This document shows positions 38,740 to 48,706 of a DNA stretch of 64,000 nucleotides, piece by piece; the first letter of the stretch is position 1; every line of letters starts with the position of its first letter. Both the position numbers and the translations under genes were made by a program. The notes under the pieces are model-generated. The model was not told the origin of the DNA, ran no database searches, and saw only the letters and a program-made list of their open reading frames with translations. Source of the DNA: Cyanobacteria bacterium P01_A01_bin.123 (GTDB taxonomy: Bacteria; Cyanobacteriota; Cyanobacteriia; Phormidesmidales; Phormidesmidaceae); assembly GCA_039815185.1 (NCBI GenBank), contig JBCBZT010000012.1, forward strand, positions 96,001-160,000. The letters are read 5' to 3'.

Positions 38740-39017
38740 AGGAAGTACCTAACTAATGTTGTTATTGACGCTAACGCAAAGTATCCAAGATCTGCCTTAA
38801 TCTAACCTGAGCTAGACATGATTCTTAATGTCAAAAGGCGCGATCGCCCGTGACACTAATCCACATCTCACTATAGTCTAAACGACATGACTACAAGCCA
38901 TTCAGCCAAGTCTTAAGCTGATATTAAATTAATAGCAATATCAACCGCGTCCCCCTCCAGATCCACCGTTTTTCCTTAAGCTAAACTCAAGGTTTAAAAT
39001 CAGATGGGGTTTAGATA

Positions 39018-39374
39018 ATGGTTCGACTCAAAATCATTGAAAAATATGACAGTAGCTTTACTTTGGCCCCTGAGGTGAAAGCGACTTTGTTTGATCTGTT
39101 AATGAGCGATACCTTTCAACAGCAGGTCTGCCAGCACACTGGGTTTGACCGAGTGGAGTTTACTCAGCTGTTGTTTCAACCCACCCCTTACACGCCGGAA
39201 ACCCCTTTGGGAATGCCCAAGCCCTTTGAGGTATATCACGCTTCAGCAGACCACGTGATTGTCAACGTGCCGCCCAACTTTATGTTTAAAGCTAAAGTAT
39301 TTAATCCCAATCGCCTCTGCGCTATCTATCGCCGGATTGGATCGGCTGTTTCCCAATCTGTCGACGCTGAATAG
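39018..39374 (+). CDS. hypothetical protein
   Basis: 118-aa ORF ending 8 nt before the next gene. Confidence 0.75.
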   Translation: MVRLKIIEKYDSSFTLAPEVKATLFDLLMSDTFQQQVCQHTGFDRVEFTQLLFQPTPYTPETPLGMPKPFEVYHASADHVIVNVPPNFMFKAKVFNPNRLCAIYRRIGSAVSQSVDAE

Positions 39375-39382
39375 GAATACCC

Positions 39383-39922
39383 ATGACTCCTCAAACTTCC
39401 CCGACTGTCTTGGCTGATCTAGCCCCATTCCCCTACATTGATGATGATGGGGCGATTCCGACCCATATACAAGGCAAAGTGGGCATCTACGCCATTTTTG
39501 ACCAGGCCCAGGTCTTGCAGTATGTGGGCTATTCTCGGGATGTTTATCTGAGTCTGAAGCAGCATTTAGTGCGCCAACCCCAATCTTGTGACTCGGTGAA
39601 GGTGCAAACTATTGATCGACCCAGTCGTACCTTGCTCGAAGGCATTCGCGACGCTTGGCTGACTGAAAACGGCAGTATCCCTCCTGGCAACGGTGCAGAG
39701 GCAGTGGCTTGGAACCAACCTATCGATGCCAAGCAAACTATGACCGATGCTGAAAAAGCCGAGTTTGAACGCCTAGAAGAATTGGGACAAATTAAGTATC
39801 TGAAAAAGATTGCCCGTCGGGTTGAGGCCAATATTCTAGAAACCCTAAAGCAACGCAACGTTCAGATGGAACTGCGGTTTAACCCCAAGCTCAAAGAAGC
39901 GGGCCTGCTGGATTTGAAATAA
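39383..39922 (+). CDS. GIY-YIG domain protein
   Basis: GIYAIFD...LQYVGYSRD...LKQHLVRQP. Confidence 0.85.
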   Translation: MTPQTSPTVLADLAPFPYIDDDGAIPTHIQGKVGIYAIFDQAQVLQYVGYSRDVYLSLKQHLVRQPQSCDSVKVQTIDRPSRTLLEGIRDAWLTENGSIPPGNGAEAVAWNQPIDAKQTMTDAEKAEFERLEELGQIKYLKKIARRVEANILETLKQRNVQMELRFNPKLKEAGLLDLK

Positions 39923-40057
39923 ATAGAGGAACCCTCATTACTCTGAAGAGTCTAGCGAAAGAAACACTCTCCTCATTTCAAGAGATTGCATGGGTGATTC
40001 AAAAACGCTCTAACGCGACGGTAAGATCGAGAGATCGCGCTGCTCACCCATCTGCCC

Positions 40058-41569
40058 ATGTATCTCGATTACCTCGAACGTATTCTGACTGCTCGGGTCT
40101 ATGACGTCGCCCAAGAAACGCCCCTCGACCTAGCGCCTAATTTGTCAGCACGGCTGAATAATCGAGTGTTGCTGAAGCGGGAAGACGTACAGTCGGTGTT
40201 TTCGTTTAAGCTGCGGGGGGCTTACAACAAGATGGCTCAATTACTGCCAGAACAGTTGGCCCAGGGAGTGATTGCGTCTTCGGCAGGTAACCATGCCCAG
40301 GGAGTGGCTTTGGGGGCACGGCAGTTGGGCACAACTGCGATTATCGTGATGCCGACAACAACACCCCAAGTGAAAATTGATGCGGTCAAGGCACGGGGAG
40401 GAAAGGTTGTCCTCTACGGCGAAACCTATGATGATGCCTATGGCCATGCCCGACAGTTGGAAACCGAAAAGGGGCTGACGTTTGTGCATCCCTTTGACGA
40501 CCCTGATGTGATCGCCGGTCAGGGCACCATTGGCATGGAAATTTTGCGTCAGTATCAGCAGCCCATTCATGCGGTGTTTGTGGCGATTGGCGGGGGTGGC
40601 TTGATCTCGGGCATTGCAGCTTATATCAAGCGGTTGCGTCCCCAGACCAAAATTATTGGGGTTGAACCTGTCGATGCCGATGCCATGCACCAGTCGCTCA
40701 AAATTGGTCGACGCGTATGTTTGCCTCGGGTGGGTTTGTTTGCTGATGGGGTGGCTGTGCGCCAGGTGGGGGAAGAGACCTTTCGGCTGTGTCAGCAGTT
40801 TGTCGATGACATTATTTTGGTCGGCACTGATGATACCTGTGCGGCGATCAAAGATGTGTTTGAAGACACGCGATCGATTTTGGAGCCTGCGGGGGCGCTG
40901 GCGATCGCGGGGGCAAAGGCCTACGTCGAACGAGAAGGGATTACGGATCAAACCCTTGTGGCGATCGCTTGCGGGGCCAACATGAACTTTGATCGACTCC
41001 GCTTTGTAGCCGAACGGGCTGAGGTGGGGGAACGACGAGAAGCCATTTTTGCCGTCACTATTCCAGAAAGACCCGGCAGTCTGCGGCAGTTTTGCGATTG
41101 TATTGGCAAACGCAACCTGACGGAATTTAACTACCGGATTGCCGACCAGAAAATTGCCCACATTTTTGTCGGGCTGCAGATTCAAAACCGGGCTGATGCC
41201 GCGCAAATGAAGCAAACTTTTGAAGCCCAGGAATTTGAAACTTTAGATCTGACAGATGACGAGTTAGCTAAACTGCACCTGAGACATATGGTCGGTGGGC
41301 GATCGCCCCTGGCTAAAAATGAACTCCTCTATCGCTTTGAGTTCCCTGAAAGACCGGGGGCACTAATGAAATTTGTCACCTCCATGAGCCCCAACTGGAA
41401 TATCAGCCTATTCCACTATCGCAATAATGGCTCAGATTATGGCCGCATTGTCGTGGGCATGCAGGTGCCGCCCCACGAAATGGCAGAGTGGCAAACTTTT
41501 CTCAATAGTTTGGGGTACCGCTATTGGGACGAAAACCAAAACCCAGCTTACCGTCTCTTTTTAGGTTAA
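40058..41569 (+). CDS. ilvA: threonine ammonia-lyase, biosynthetic
   Basis: SFKLRGAYN, SAGNHAQG and GGGGL motifs; two ACT-like domains (PERPG). Confidence 0.97.
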   Translation: MYLDYLERILTARVYDVAQETPLDLAPNLSARLNNRVLLKREDVQSVFSFKLRGAYNKMAQLLPEQLAQGVIASSAGNHAQGVALGARQLGTTAIIVMPTTTPQVKIDAVKARGGKVVLYGETYDDAYGHARQLETEKGLTFVHPFDDPDVIAGQGTIGMEILRQYQQPIHAVFVAIGGGGLISGIAAYIKRLRPQTKIIGVEPVDADAMHQSLKIGRRVCLPRVGLFADGVAVRQVGEETFRLCQQFVDDIILVGTDDTCAAIKDVFEDTRSILEPAGALAIAGAKAYVEREGITDQTLVAIACGANMNFDRLRFVAERAEVGERREAIFAVTIPERPGSLRQFCDCIGKRNLTEFNYRIADQKIAHIFVGLQIQNRADAAQMKQTFEAQEFETLDLTDDELAKLHLRHMVGGRSPLAKNELLYRFEFPERPGALMKFVTSMSPNWNISLFHYRNNGSDYGRIVVGMQVPPHEMAEWQTFLNSLGYRYWDENQNPAYRLFLG

Positions 41570-41574
41570 AGGCT

Positions 41575-42321
41575 CTACAGTTTAGCCGCCGCAACAGCGT
41601 TAGGCACTTTGCTGTCGACTGATGCAACTTCGCTGCCTATCCGTTCTAGATTAAAACGATAGCCGACGTTGCGCACGGTTTGAATGATATTCGGTTGACG
41701 GGGATCGTTTTCGATCTTTTTACGCAAAGACAACACATGGGTATCTACGGTACGGGGGTTGTCAATGGCGTCAGGCCAAGCGCGCTTTAGCAAATCAGAC
41801 CGACTTAAGGGGGATCCTGCAGCTTGAGTTAACACGTACAGCAAGCTAAACTCTTGCGGCGTTAGATCAATAAAGGCTTCCTTATAGCGGACTCGACGCT
41901 GCACTAAATCGATATCGAGCTCGCCATATTTAAGGGAAGCAGGGGCTACAGTCCTCTGGCTGCGGCGAGTGAGGGCTTCTACCCGGGCTAAAAATTCCTG
42001 CATGCCAAAAGGTTTTGACAGATAGTCATCAGCGCCTGCTTTTAAGCCAGTGACAATATCAACCTCAGCATTACGGGCAGACAACATCAGAATCAACGCA
42101 GTTCCCCGACGCTGCATCCAGCGACAAAGCTCTAAGCCATCTCCATCCGGTAACTCTGAATCGAGAATCACCAGATCTGGATCACGGGATTGAAACGTTT
42201 CTCGACCCCGGGTAATGTCCGCCGACTGGTGCACCCAATACCCTGCCTGCTGCAAGTGCCAGCCTAGCAGCGATCGCAGGTGCGGGTTCCCTTCAACAAT
42301 TTGAATACAAACAGATGCCAC
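41575..42321 (-). CDS. nrrA: OmpR-family nitrogen-regulated response regulator (NrrA/Rre37 type)
   Basis: SVCIQIVEGNPHLRSLLGWHLQQ N-terminus; wHTH DNPRTVDTHVLSLRKK; class II NtcA promoter upstream. Confidence 0.85.
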   Translation of the reverse strand: MASVCIQIVEGNPHLRSLLGWHLQQAGYWVHQSADITRGRETFQSRDPDLVILDSELPDGDGLELCRWMQRRGTALILMLSARNAEVDIVTGLKAGADDYLSKPFGMQEFLARVEALTRRSQRTVAPASLKYGELDIDLVQRRVRYKEAFIDLTPQEFSLLYVLTQAAGSPLSRSDLLKRAWPDAIDNPRTVDTHVLSLRKKIENDPRQPNIIQTVRNVGYRFNLERIGSEVASVDSKVPNAVAAAKL

Positions 42322-42363
42322 AGGGTTTAGTGCTTTTATCACATCAAGGCCTAGTTGAGCTTT

Positions 42364-42405
42364 AGGTTATCAGAGCAGTTGTCATGAATTTGTAACTGCC
42401 GTTAC
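42364..42405 (-). promoter_or_regulatory. class II NtcA-activated promoter
   Basis: GTA-N8-TAC (42392-42405), exactly 22 nt, then TAACCT -10 on the minus strand. Confidence 0.88.
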
Positions 42406-42654
42406 GCTGTCTGATTTTGGACAGGAGGATTCGTAAGCTGTTTGAAGGTCTGTGGTATGGACTGACCCAGACCAAACCTGGTAACATAAGTGTACAAACG
42501 CTTGCGTATTTGTTGTCAAAAAAGCCACATACTTGACTGTGATTTCACTCAATTTTGGGAAATTGAATCTTGGCGTGTGATGTTACCCACAGGGAACTCC
42601 GATAGATCTTTGTCGGTCTGCTTTGATTTTGACGCGGTTGATTAACTATTTGCC

Positions 42655-42900
42655 ATGCTTCAAGACGCACGCGCCATTCGCTACTATCAACGGATCACCG
42701 ATGCCCTGGTAGAACAGTGGAATCGAGGGTACCGCAGAAATGATGAGCTTAGGCTTTTCCTCGATGGTTATTTGGCCGCCCTGCGCCATGCCGATGCCAT
42801 TGAACCCTATTTGATTCATCGCCTAGAAGAAGACGTCATCCGCTTTCTTCATGACACTTCTAATTTCGCCATGCCAGAGTCAGAACCGGACTATTACTAA
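42655..42900 (+). CDS. conserved cyanobacterial small protein (DUF6761-like)
   Basis: MLQDARAIRYYQRITDALVEQWNRGYR...LDGYLAALR. Confidence 0.8.
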   Translation: MLQDARAIRYYQRITDALVEQWNRGYRRNDELRLFLDGYLAALRHADAIEPYLIHRLEEDVIRFLHDTSNFAMPESEPDYY

Positions 42901-43004
42901 TAATTGCGCGGGTACTGATTACGACTTGCTGTTTGAGGTCAGTTCAGTGTGCGCTCCTCAAGCGCTCTATTCTTGGGTAAACGATTTTGGGCCGCGACCA
43001 TCGC

Positions 43005-43087
43005 AATAAAAAACCGACAGTGCCGCAAAGCAATCTGTCGGTCGGTTGTGTGTTCCCTGTAGATGACTCGGCTAGAGTTGAGTCATT
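43005..43087 (-). ncRNA. candidate small RNA
   Basis: Minus strand: 5' hairpin ATGACTC/GAGTCAT, single-stranded CTACAGGGAACACACAACC, terminator ACCGACAG/CTGTCGGT with a T-run; CATACT just upstream. Confidence 0.4.
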
Positions 43088-43457
43088 CTCAGTATGGCTA
43101 ACACAATGGAAAAGGCAGGCGATCAGAATCATAGAATCATGTGACTTAGATCACATCCGAAATGAGGTACATACACCTTGCACCCCTTAGATAAGGAGCA
43201 GGTACGGGCTGGATATGATCTGAAAGTGTTGTCCAGTATCCTTTAAGTGCATTCGCAGTCCATCAGCGGTTGCATCAGGCAGCGCTTTCAAATCAGTGTT
43301 TAATCCGCATAATTTTTTTAGATTACGATTCCTGTTCCTGAGCGGGGTCTTAATAGCGCTGGGTAAGGTTTAATCATTGATTAACGGAAATCCTGGATGC
43401 CCTCACTACAATGGAGACTACGGCCCAAGGAGTGTCCAAGCAACGGAGGAACAAGCT

Positions 43458-44627
43458 ATGGCGCGGACTTTACTGGAACAACTTAGGGAGATGACTGTCG
43501 TGGTTGCGGATACGGGGGATATTCAAGCCATTGAAAAATTTACCCCCCGGGATGCCACGACTAACCCGTCACTCATCACAGCGGCTGCTCAAATGCCGCA
43601 GTATCAGGGGATTGTTGACGATACATTGCTTAAAGCCAAAGCTGATGCAGGGTCAGAGGCAAGTGATCAAGACATTGCCAATTTGGCCTTTAATCGGTTG
43701 GCAGTGGCATTCGGTCTCAAAATCTTGGCGATCATTCCCGGTCGTGTTTCGACAGAAGTTGATGCCCGATTGTCCTATGACACTGAGGCTACCCTCAAAG
43801 TTGCTCGTGATTTGATCAGTCAATATGAAGCAGCTGGCCTATCACGCGATCGCGTCTTGATCAAAATTGCCTCTACCTGGGAAGGGATCAAAGCCGCTGA
43901 GATTCTGGAAAAAGAAGGGATCCACTGCAACCTAACCCTACTGTTTGGTCTTCATCAAGCGATCGCCTGTGCTGAAGCGGGTGTCACCCTGATTTCTCCG
44001 TTTGTTGGGCGCATCCTGGACTGGTACAAAAAAGATACTGGACGGGACGAATACCCGGCTGATGAAGACCCCGGTGTGGTTTCAGTAACGACTATTTACA
44101 ACTATTACAAAAAGTTTGGCCACACGACCGAGGTCATGGGGGCGAGCTTCCGCAACATTGGCGAGATTACCGAACTCGCAGGTTGTGATTTGCTCACCAT
44201 TTCGCCTAAGCTGCTGGCCCAACTGGATGACACGACTGCTGAGCTACCTCGGAAGCTGGATGCTGCCAAGGCTGAGGGCATGGAGATTGAAAAGATTGCC
44301 ATGGATAAAGCTGTATTTGCAGCGATGCATGCTGAAAATCGCATGGCTTCTGAAAAGTTAGAAGAGGGCATCAATGGTTTTGCCAAAGCCCTAGTATCTT
44401 TAGAAGACCTGCTTGCGAAGCGTCTAGCGCGTTTAGAAGGGCAGGGCGTTGTCGAAGATATTTTTCGCGTTTACGACCTGGATGGCGATGGCTTCATTAC
44501 CCGCGAAGAATGGCTTGGCACGGATGCAGTTTTTGACGCCCTCGATATGGATCACGATGGCAAAATCACCCCAGAAGAAATGGGTGCTGGCCTGGGCGGT
44601 ACGCAACGGTTAGCAGGGGTGAGCTAG
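43458..44627 (+). CDS. tal: transaldolase with C-terminal EF-hands
   Basis: [23 protein letters not shown] and ISPFVGRI motifs; EF-hands [12 protein letters not shown] and [20 protein letters not shown] before ATG 43458. Confidence 0.96.
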   Translation: MARTLLEQLREMTVVVADTGDIQAIEKFTPRDATTNPSLITAAAQMPQYQGIVDDTLLKAKADAGSEASDQDIANLAFNRLAVAFGLKILAIIPGRVSTEVDARLSYDTEATLKVARDLISQYEAAGLSRDRVLIKIASTWEGIKAAEILEKEGIHCNLTLLFGLHQAIACAEAGVTLISPFVGRILDWYKKDTGRDEYPADEDPGVVSVTTIYNYYKKFGHTTEVMGASFRNIGEITELAGCDLLTISPKLLAQLDDTTAELPRKLDAAKAEGMEIEKIAMDKAVFAAMHAENRMASEKLEEGINGFAKALVSLEDLLAKRLARLEGQGVVEDIFRVYDLDGDGFITREEWLGTDAVFDALDMDHDGKITPEEMGAGLGGTQRLAGVS

Positions 44628-44658
44628 GCGCTATAGCACTCACTAGCGTGTTTCGTTC

Positions 44659-44687
44659 ACAAACCTCCAGCACTGCTGGAGGTTTGT
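44659..44687 (+). terminator. hairpin after tal
   Basis: ACAAACCTCCAGCA-c-TGCTGGAGGTTTGT. Confidence 0.75.
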
Positions 44688-44723
44688 CATTATTGAGGCA
44701 ATGGGAAATTTCTGGGATATTCA

Positions 44724-45389
44724 ATGAAAGCCAAGCATTTTATCAATCTGCATAAGGGCACAACGTTCTTTTTTGTATTGGCGTTGATGCTGGTGTATGA
44801 CAACTTTACGACTGCGGCCTGGGTGTATCTGGCGCTGCACGGGACGTATGGATTTTTGTGGTTGCTCAAAGATCGGATCTATCCGGATAAAAGCTGGGAA
44901 CAGGAGATTTCTATCCTGACTGGATTGGCCGGGTTCGGATTTGTCAGCCTCTACTGGGTTGCCCCGTTTATTCTGATCAGTCAGCGAGTTGATCCGCCGT
45001 TACCTTTGATGGCCGGGGCGATCGCGCTCAATGTTGTAGGCATCTTTTTACACTACGTCAGCGATGCCCAAAAGTATTACACGCTTAAGTATCACAAGGG
45101 GTTAATTACGGAAGGTTTCTTCGCCCGCTGCCGCAATACGAATTACCTGGGTGAAATTTGTATCTATGGGTCTTTTGCCCTGCTGACAATGCACTGGTTG
45201 CCGTTCGTTATTTTAGGAATTTCTGTGGCTCTATTGTTTGTGCCAAATATGCTCAAGAAGGAGCAGTCTCTATCTCGTTATCCAGCATTTGAGGCCTATA
45301 AATCTCGTTCAGGGTTTCTGTTTCCCAAGTTGTGGGGCAATGAGCAAGAATCGGATGATGCGTGTTTGTCCTCTGATGCATCGCAATAG
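44724..45389 (+). CDS. DUF1295 / steroid-5-alpha-reductase-like membrane protein
   Basis: SDAQKY, GLITEGFFARCRNTNYLGE and KEQSLSRY motifs. Confidence 0.85.
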   Translation: MKAKHFINLHKGTTFFFVLALMLVYDNFTTAAWVYLALHGTYGFLWLLKDRIYPDKSWEQEISILTGLAGFGFVSLYWVAPFILISQRVDPPLPLMAGAIALNVVGIFLHYVSDAQKYYTLKYHKGLITEGFFARCRNTNYLGEICIYGSFALLTMHWLPFVILGISVALLFVPNMLKKEQSLSRYPAFEAYKSRSGFLFPKLWGNEQESDDACLSSDASQ

Positions 45390-45420
45390 GGGACAAATTA
45401 CGCCACTTTCTGATGTTTCG

Positions 45421-45507
45421 GTGCCGGAACCCGGAACTGTGATTGGGTTGTCCGTTGTGGCTGGAGCTGGCGTTTTGCTTCGAAGTAAGATTAGCCAAAC
45501 AGAATAA
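45421..45507 (+). pseudogene. orphan PEP-CTERM sorting-signal remnant
   Basis: VPEPGTVIGLSVVAGAGVLLRSKISQTE-stop with no credible upstream coding body. Confidence 0.6.
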
Positions 45508-45566
45508 GGGATTCAGCTTTGGAACCAGAGTAATCAAACGAGGGATTGCTGAGCTCACCAAACATA

Positions 45567-47189
45567 CTACTGATTTAGCTCAAAAAGTTCGTCGCCGACG
45601 GGTTGGCCGTTTAGGGGAGCAGGGGTGAGTTGCCAACCCGCATCTTCTAAATAGGCGACAAGCTCTGCGGAGGGTTTGTAGGCAAACGCGGGGCGATCGC
45701 TGGGCCAAGTTTCTAAGACGGCAAAGTCTGTAGACTGCCAGCGCAGCAACAGTTGCACGTCTTCGTCTAAGCGGTAACTGAGGGAAAGCAGATTGCCAAA
45801 GTTTGTGTAGGCGCTGCCTTGGTCGCTCACCACTAAGGGCTGATCAACGCTGTTGATTTGTTTGGCTACCGCCGCATTGTAAAAGCTGGGTTCTTTATTC
45901 CACCAAGTTTCAGCAGGTAGGCTAATGACGTTAGAGGCAATACTCCCGGTGAGCAACAACGGCAACCCAATGCGCCAGAGCCTTTTTTCGGGTTGAATTT
46001 GACGACTCAGCCAGCCGCCCACCGCCAGCTGTAGTCCCGGCATGATCGGCAACACATAACGGCCAATGACTGACCGAACCCCCCCGGTCGTCACATCGGG
46101 TATGGCTAGGAGCAAAAACGGCACGAAAATAATCGTGATTAGATAAAGGGCCTGCGATCGCGGTAGATGCTGCCACAAATACCACAAGGCTAAGGGCAGA
46201 ACCAACAGTGCTAAGAGCTTTAAACCTAAACCCACTATGCCAATTTCCGCGGCTGTTAAGTCAAAGTCAAAGTCAATCCACAGGGCCCCAAAGTTGCGGA
46301 TCCAAAGCTTTATCAGCTCTAGTAAGGGAATAGACTGTTGGGTCCAGCCTGTTGCGAGCTGAAAGGTTTGGTTATTGCTGCGAATCACCCAGATCCAGGG
46401 GCTGTAGAGGAGTCCCATAAGTCCGAAGGCAGCGAATAAGCTAACGACTCGTTTTAACCCAGAAGAACGACGACTGGCACGGGGAAAATCAGGGCTGGGC
46501 CACTGGTTAAACACCCAGGCAATTGCACCATAGGCCCCATGGGCAATGGGCACGAGCGCGAAGAGCGGATGGGTGTAAAGCCCTAACGTGCTGACAACCG
46601 TATACAACCCCCAGTTGACCCAAGTGGGATACTGCAACGCTCGCATAAAACGCCAATGGGACGCGATCGCGCATACCGTCAATAAACTATATTGTCGGGC
46701 GGCTTGGGCATACAGAATATCAAAGGGCGACAGGGCCAGCATCACCGTTGACCACCAAGCTGCCGAGGTGGTTTGGAACACGCTCTTCGCCCACTGGTAC
46801 ATCAACGGTAGGGATAGCAAACTGAGTAGCGCTGGCAAAATGCGGGCGATGACAATGGTGTTGCCAAACAGCTGCATCCATCCCCTGGCTAACAAGAAAT
46901 AGAGCGGTGGATGCTGAGGATCTTCTAAGGCCAGCGACTGTAGCGTATCGACTACCGTGCTGTCAGGCTTGAGCTGCTGAAACGTTTGCAGCTCACTGGC
47001 GGGTAAAATCTCGCCCTGAAAGGCCCGATCCAAAATCTCCTCGGCAAAATACCCCGCCGCACGAAAGGTGGTATAGACTTCATCGTGCCAGTAGAGCTTG
47101 TGAGCTAAGTTGGTAAAGCGTCCAACAATGCCCAATACCAGCAATACAGCAATTAACAGACTAACCCCTCGAACCTGCTGTTTCACCAT
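45567..47189 (-). CDS. GT39/PMT-like membrane glycosyltransferase
   Basis: YWHDEVYT, EDPQHPPLYF and AQAARQYSL motifs; many TM segments. Confidence 0.9.
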   Translation of the reverse strand: MVKQQVRGVSLLIAVLLVLGIVGRFTNLAHKLYWHDEVYTTFRAAGYFAEEILDRAFQGEILPASELQTFQQLKPDSTVVDTLQSLALEDPQHPPLYFLLARGWMQLFGNTIVIARILPALLSLLSLPLMYQWAKSVFQTTSAAWWSTVMLALSPFDILYAQAARQYSLLTVCAIASHWRFMRALQYPTWVNWGLYTVVSTLGLYTHPLFALVPIAHGAYGAIAWVFNQWPSPDFPRASRRSSGLKRVVSLFAAFGLMGLLYSPWIWVIRSNNQTFQLATGWTQQSIPLLELIKLWIRNFGALWIDFDFDLTAAEIGIVGLGLKLLALLVLPLALWYLWQHLPRSQALYLITIIFVPFLLLAIPDVTTGGVRSVIGRYVLPIMPGLQLAVGGWLSRQIQPEKRLWRIGLPLLLTGSIASNVISLPAETWWNKEPSFYNAAVAKQINSVDQPLVVSDQGSAYTNFGNLLSLSYRLDEDVQLLLRWQSTDFAVLETWPSDRPAFAYKPSAELVAYLEDAGWQLTPAPLNGQPVGDELFELNQ

Positions 47190-47212
47190 CTCAGCTGCCC
47201 CACTACTCCCCT

Positions 47213-48058
47213 TTACCCCTCGATTTCACACACCAACCCATCCAATGCTAACTGCATCTGTGTTTCCACCATGGCATAGCATTCATCAACATAGGCCAAA
47301 TCATTCAAGCACTTGCGTCCGTAGTGTTCAAACCAAATGGGGGGACAAATGCGTAGGTGAATCGGGGCAGGCAGAGGCAAATTGGGCAATGGGCCGATGG
47401 ACAAGCCCCAGGGTAAACCGAAGTAAATGGGAAACACTTCTGGATCGATGCCGAGCGGCCAAGGTATACCCCGCTGGTGCAGCTGCTTCGCTTGTTCATA
47501 AATGTCTGATAGCACCCACAAGGTATCGTGGGCTCCCCAGGAAATCACTGGCATGATCGGTACCTTTTGGCGCAGGGCTAGCTTGATAAAGCCTTTGCGG
47601 TTAGCCAATTCAATCCGATGGCGATGGCGATGGGGCCGAAAGGTATCTTGGGCGCCGCCCGGATACACCAGCACGCTAGCGCCTTGATTTAAAGCGGCGA
47701 TCGCCATTTTAGGGTGGGCCCGAATTGCCCCAACTTTGGCCATCCCCTGAGCCAGGGGCGGAAAGGCAGCCCACACCTTAGGATGGGCTAGGCCATAAAT
47801 CAGCCGTTCGGTGCCGTAGTGACGATACCAGTCGTAGATAGCCATGTGCATGTCTGGGGCGGCTAAACCCCCGTTATGACTCCCGACAAATAGGACATTG
47901 TCTTGATTAGGAACGTGCTGCCAACCGTCGCTGGTAACCCAGAAATAATGACGATAAAGCCACTCCCATAGCGGCATGATGGAGTGGATAAAGGCCGAGT
48001 CGCGATCGCCTAGCGACCAGCCCTGAAACTGTCCCGGCGGGGCATTGATTTCGAACAA
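47213..48058 (-). CDS. DGAT2-like / lysophospholipid acyltransferase (Slr2103-like)
   Basis: VGSHNGGLAAPD, VYPGGAQD and RKGFIKLALRQKVPIMPV motifs. Confidence 0.85.
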   Translation of the reverse strand: MFEINAPPGQFQGWSLGDRDSAFIHSIMPLWEWLYRHYFWVTSDGWQHVPNQDNVLFVGSHNGGLAAPDMHMAIYDWYRHYGTERLIYGLAHPKVWAAFPPLAQGMAKVGAIRAHPKMAIAALNQGASVLVYPGGAQDTFRPHRHRHRIELANRKGFIKLALRQKVPIMPVISWGAHDTLWVLSDIYEQAKQLHQRGIPWPLGIDPEVFPIYFGLPWGLSIGPLPNLPLPAPIHLRICPPIWFEHYGRKCLNDLAYVDECYAMVETQMQLALDGLVCEIEG

Positions 48059-48118
48059 AAACCGCTGCTCCTCAAAGGGTGTATCTTACCGTGCATTATG
48101 CTAATGGTTCACAACTAG

Positions 48119-48448
48119 CTACTGTACTATTGCCAACCTGAGCTGTTGCTCAAGGGAGCTAAAGTCTATGCCAAATGCCTGCCGTAGAATCTGAGTTGCT
48201 AGCCCGGTGGGATGACCAAAATCTTCCATTTCCTCCGTTTCTCTGATGATGCCGAGTAGCAAGTGCTCTGGCGCAACTCGGGATTGTTCTAACTGGTCGG
48301 CCTCTTCACGCGCTAATTCCAGCACGCGTTTTGCTCTGAGGGCAAACGGTAGATGGGGCGGGGTGGGAATTTCTACAGGCGGGGTGGGGCGAGCCCCCAA
48401 TCTTTCTCGATCTGCACCAACCCCATCGGATTTTTGGAATTTCGGCAT
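48119..48448 (-). CDS. stand-alone Clp N-terminal domain protein
   Basis: PFALRAKRVLELAREEADQL...APEHLLLGII. Confidence 0.8.
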   Translation of the reverse strand: MPKFQKSDGVGADRERLGARPTPPVEIPTPPHLPFALRAKRVLELAREEADQLEQSRVAPEHLLLGIIRETEEMEDFGHPTGLATQILRQAFGIDFSSLEQQLRLAIVQ

Positions 48449-48520
48449 AGACAGCCCAGATCAAACAGCTATTGATAGAAATCATCACAATATCCATGTT
48501 TCATCACACAAACGACAAGA

Positions 48521-48536
48521 TGTATCGGTAAATACA
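48521..48536. promoter_or_regulatory. NtcA consensus site
   Basis: TGTA-TCGGTAAA-TACA between the Clp-N gene and the NHase operon; no class II -10 element at 22 nt on either strand. Confidence 0.5.
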
Positions 48537-48706
48537 ATTGCCGTCAAGATCTTCCGATTTACTACCTCAGTAAGGAAAGATAGATACTAGTAAATAGCTA
48601 GAATCCCGCATTATTTTTGCCTCTTTAAAGGCTGAAATTTTGCCGATTTTCTATTTTTTATTTGGAATTTTAGCTTGTGTTTGAATCTATTGGTTCGTGA
48701 CCTGAT

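Noticed and set aside
40241..41215. 324-aa antisense ORF
   Set aside because: Lies wholly opposite ilvA and has no motif
42481..42495. Second NtcA-like site
   Set aside because: Spacer is 9 nt rather than 8
44440..44627. EF-hands on transaldolase as a novel fusion
   Set aside because: A known feature of cyanobacterial transaldolases
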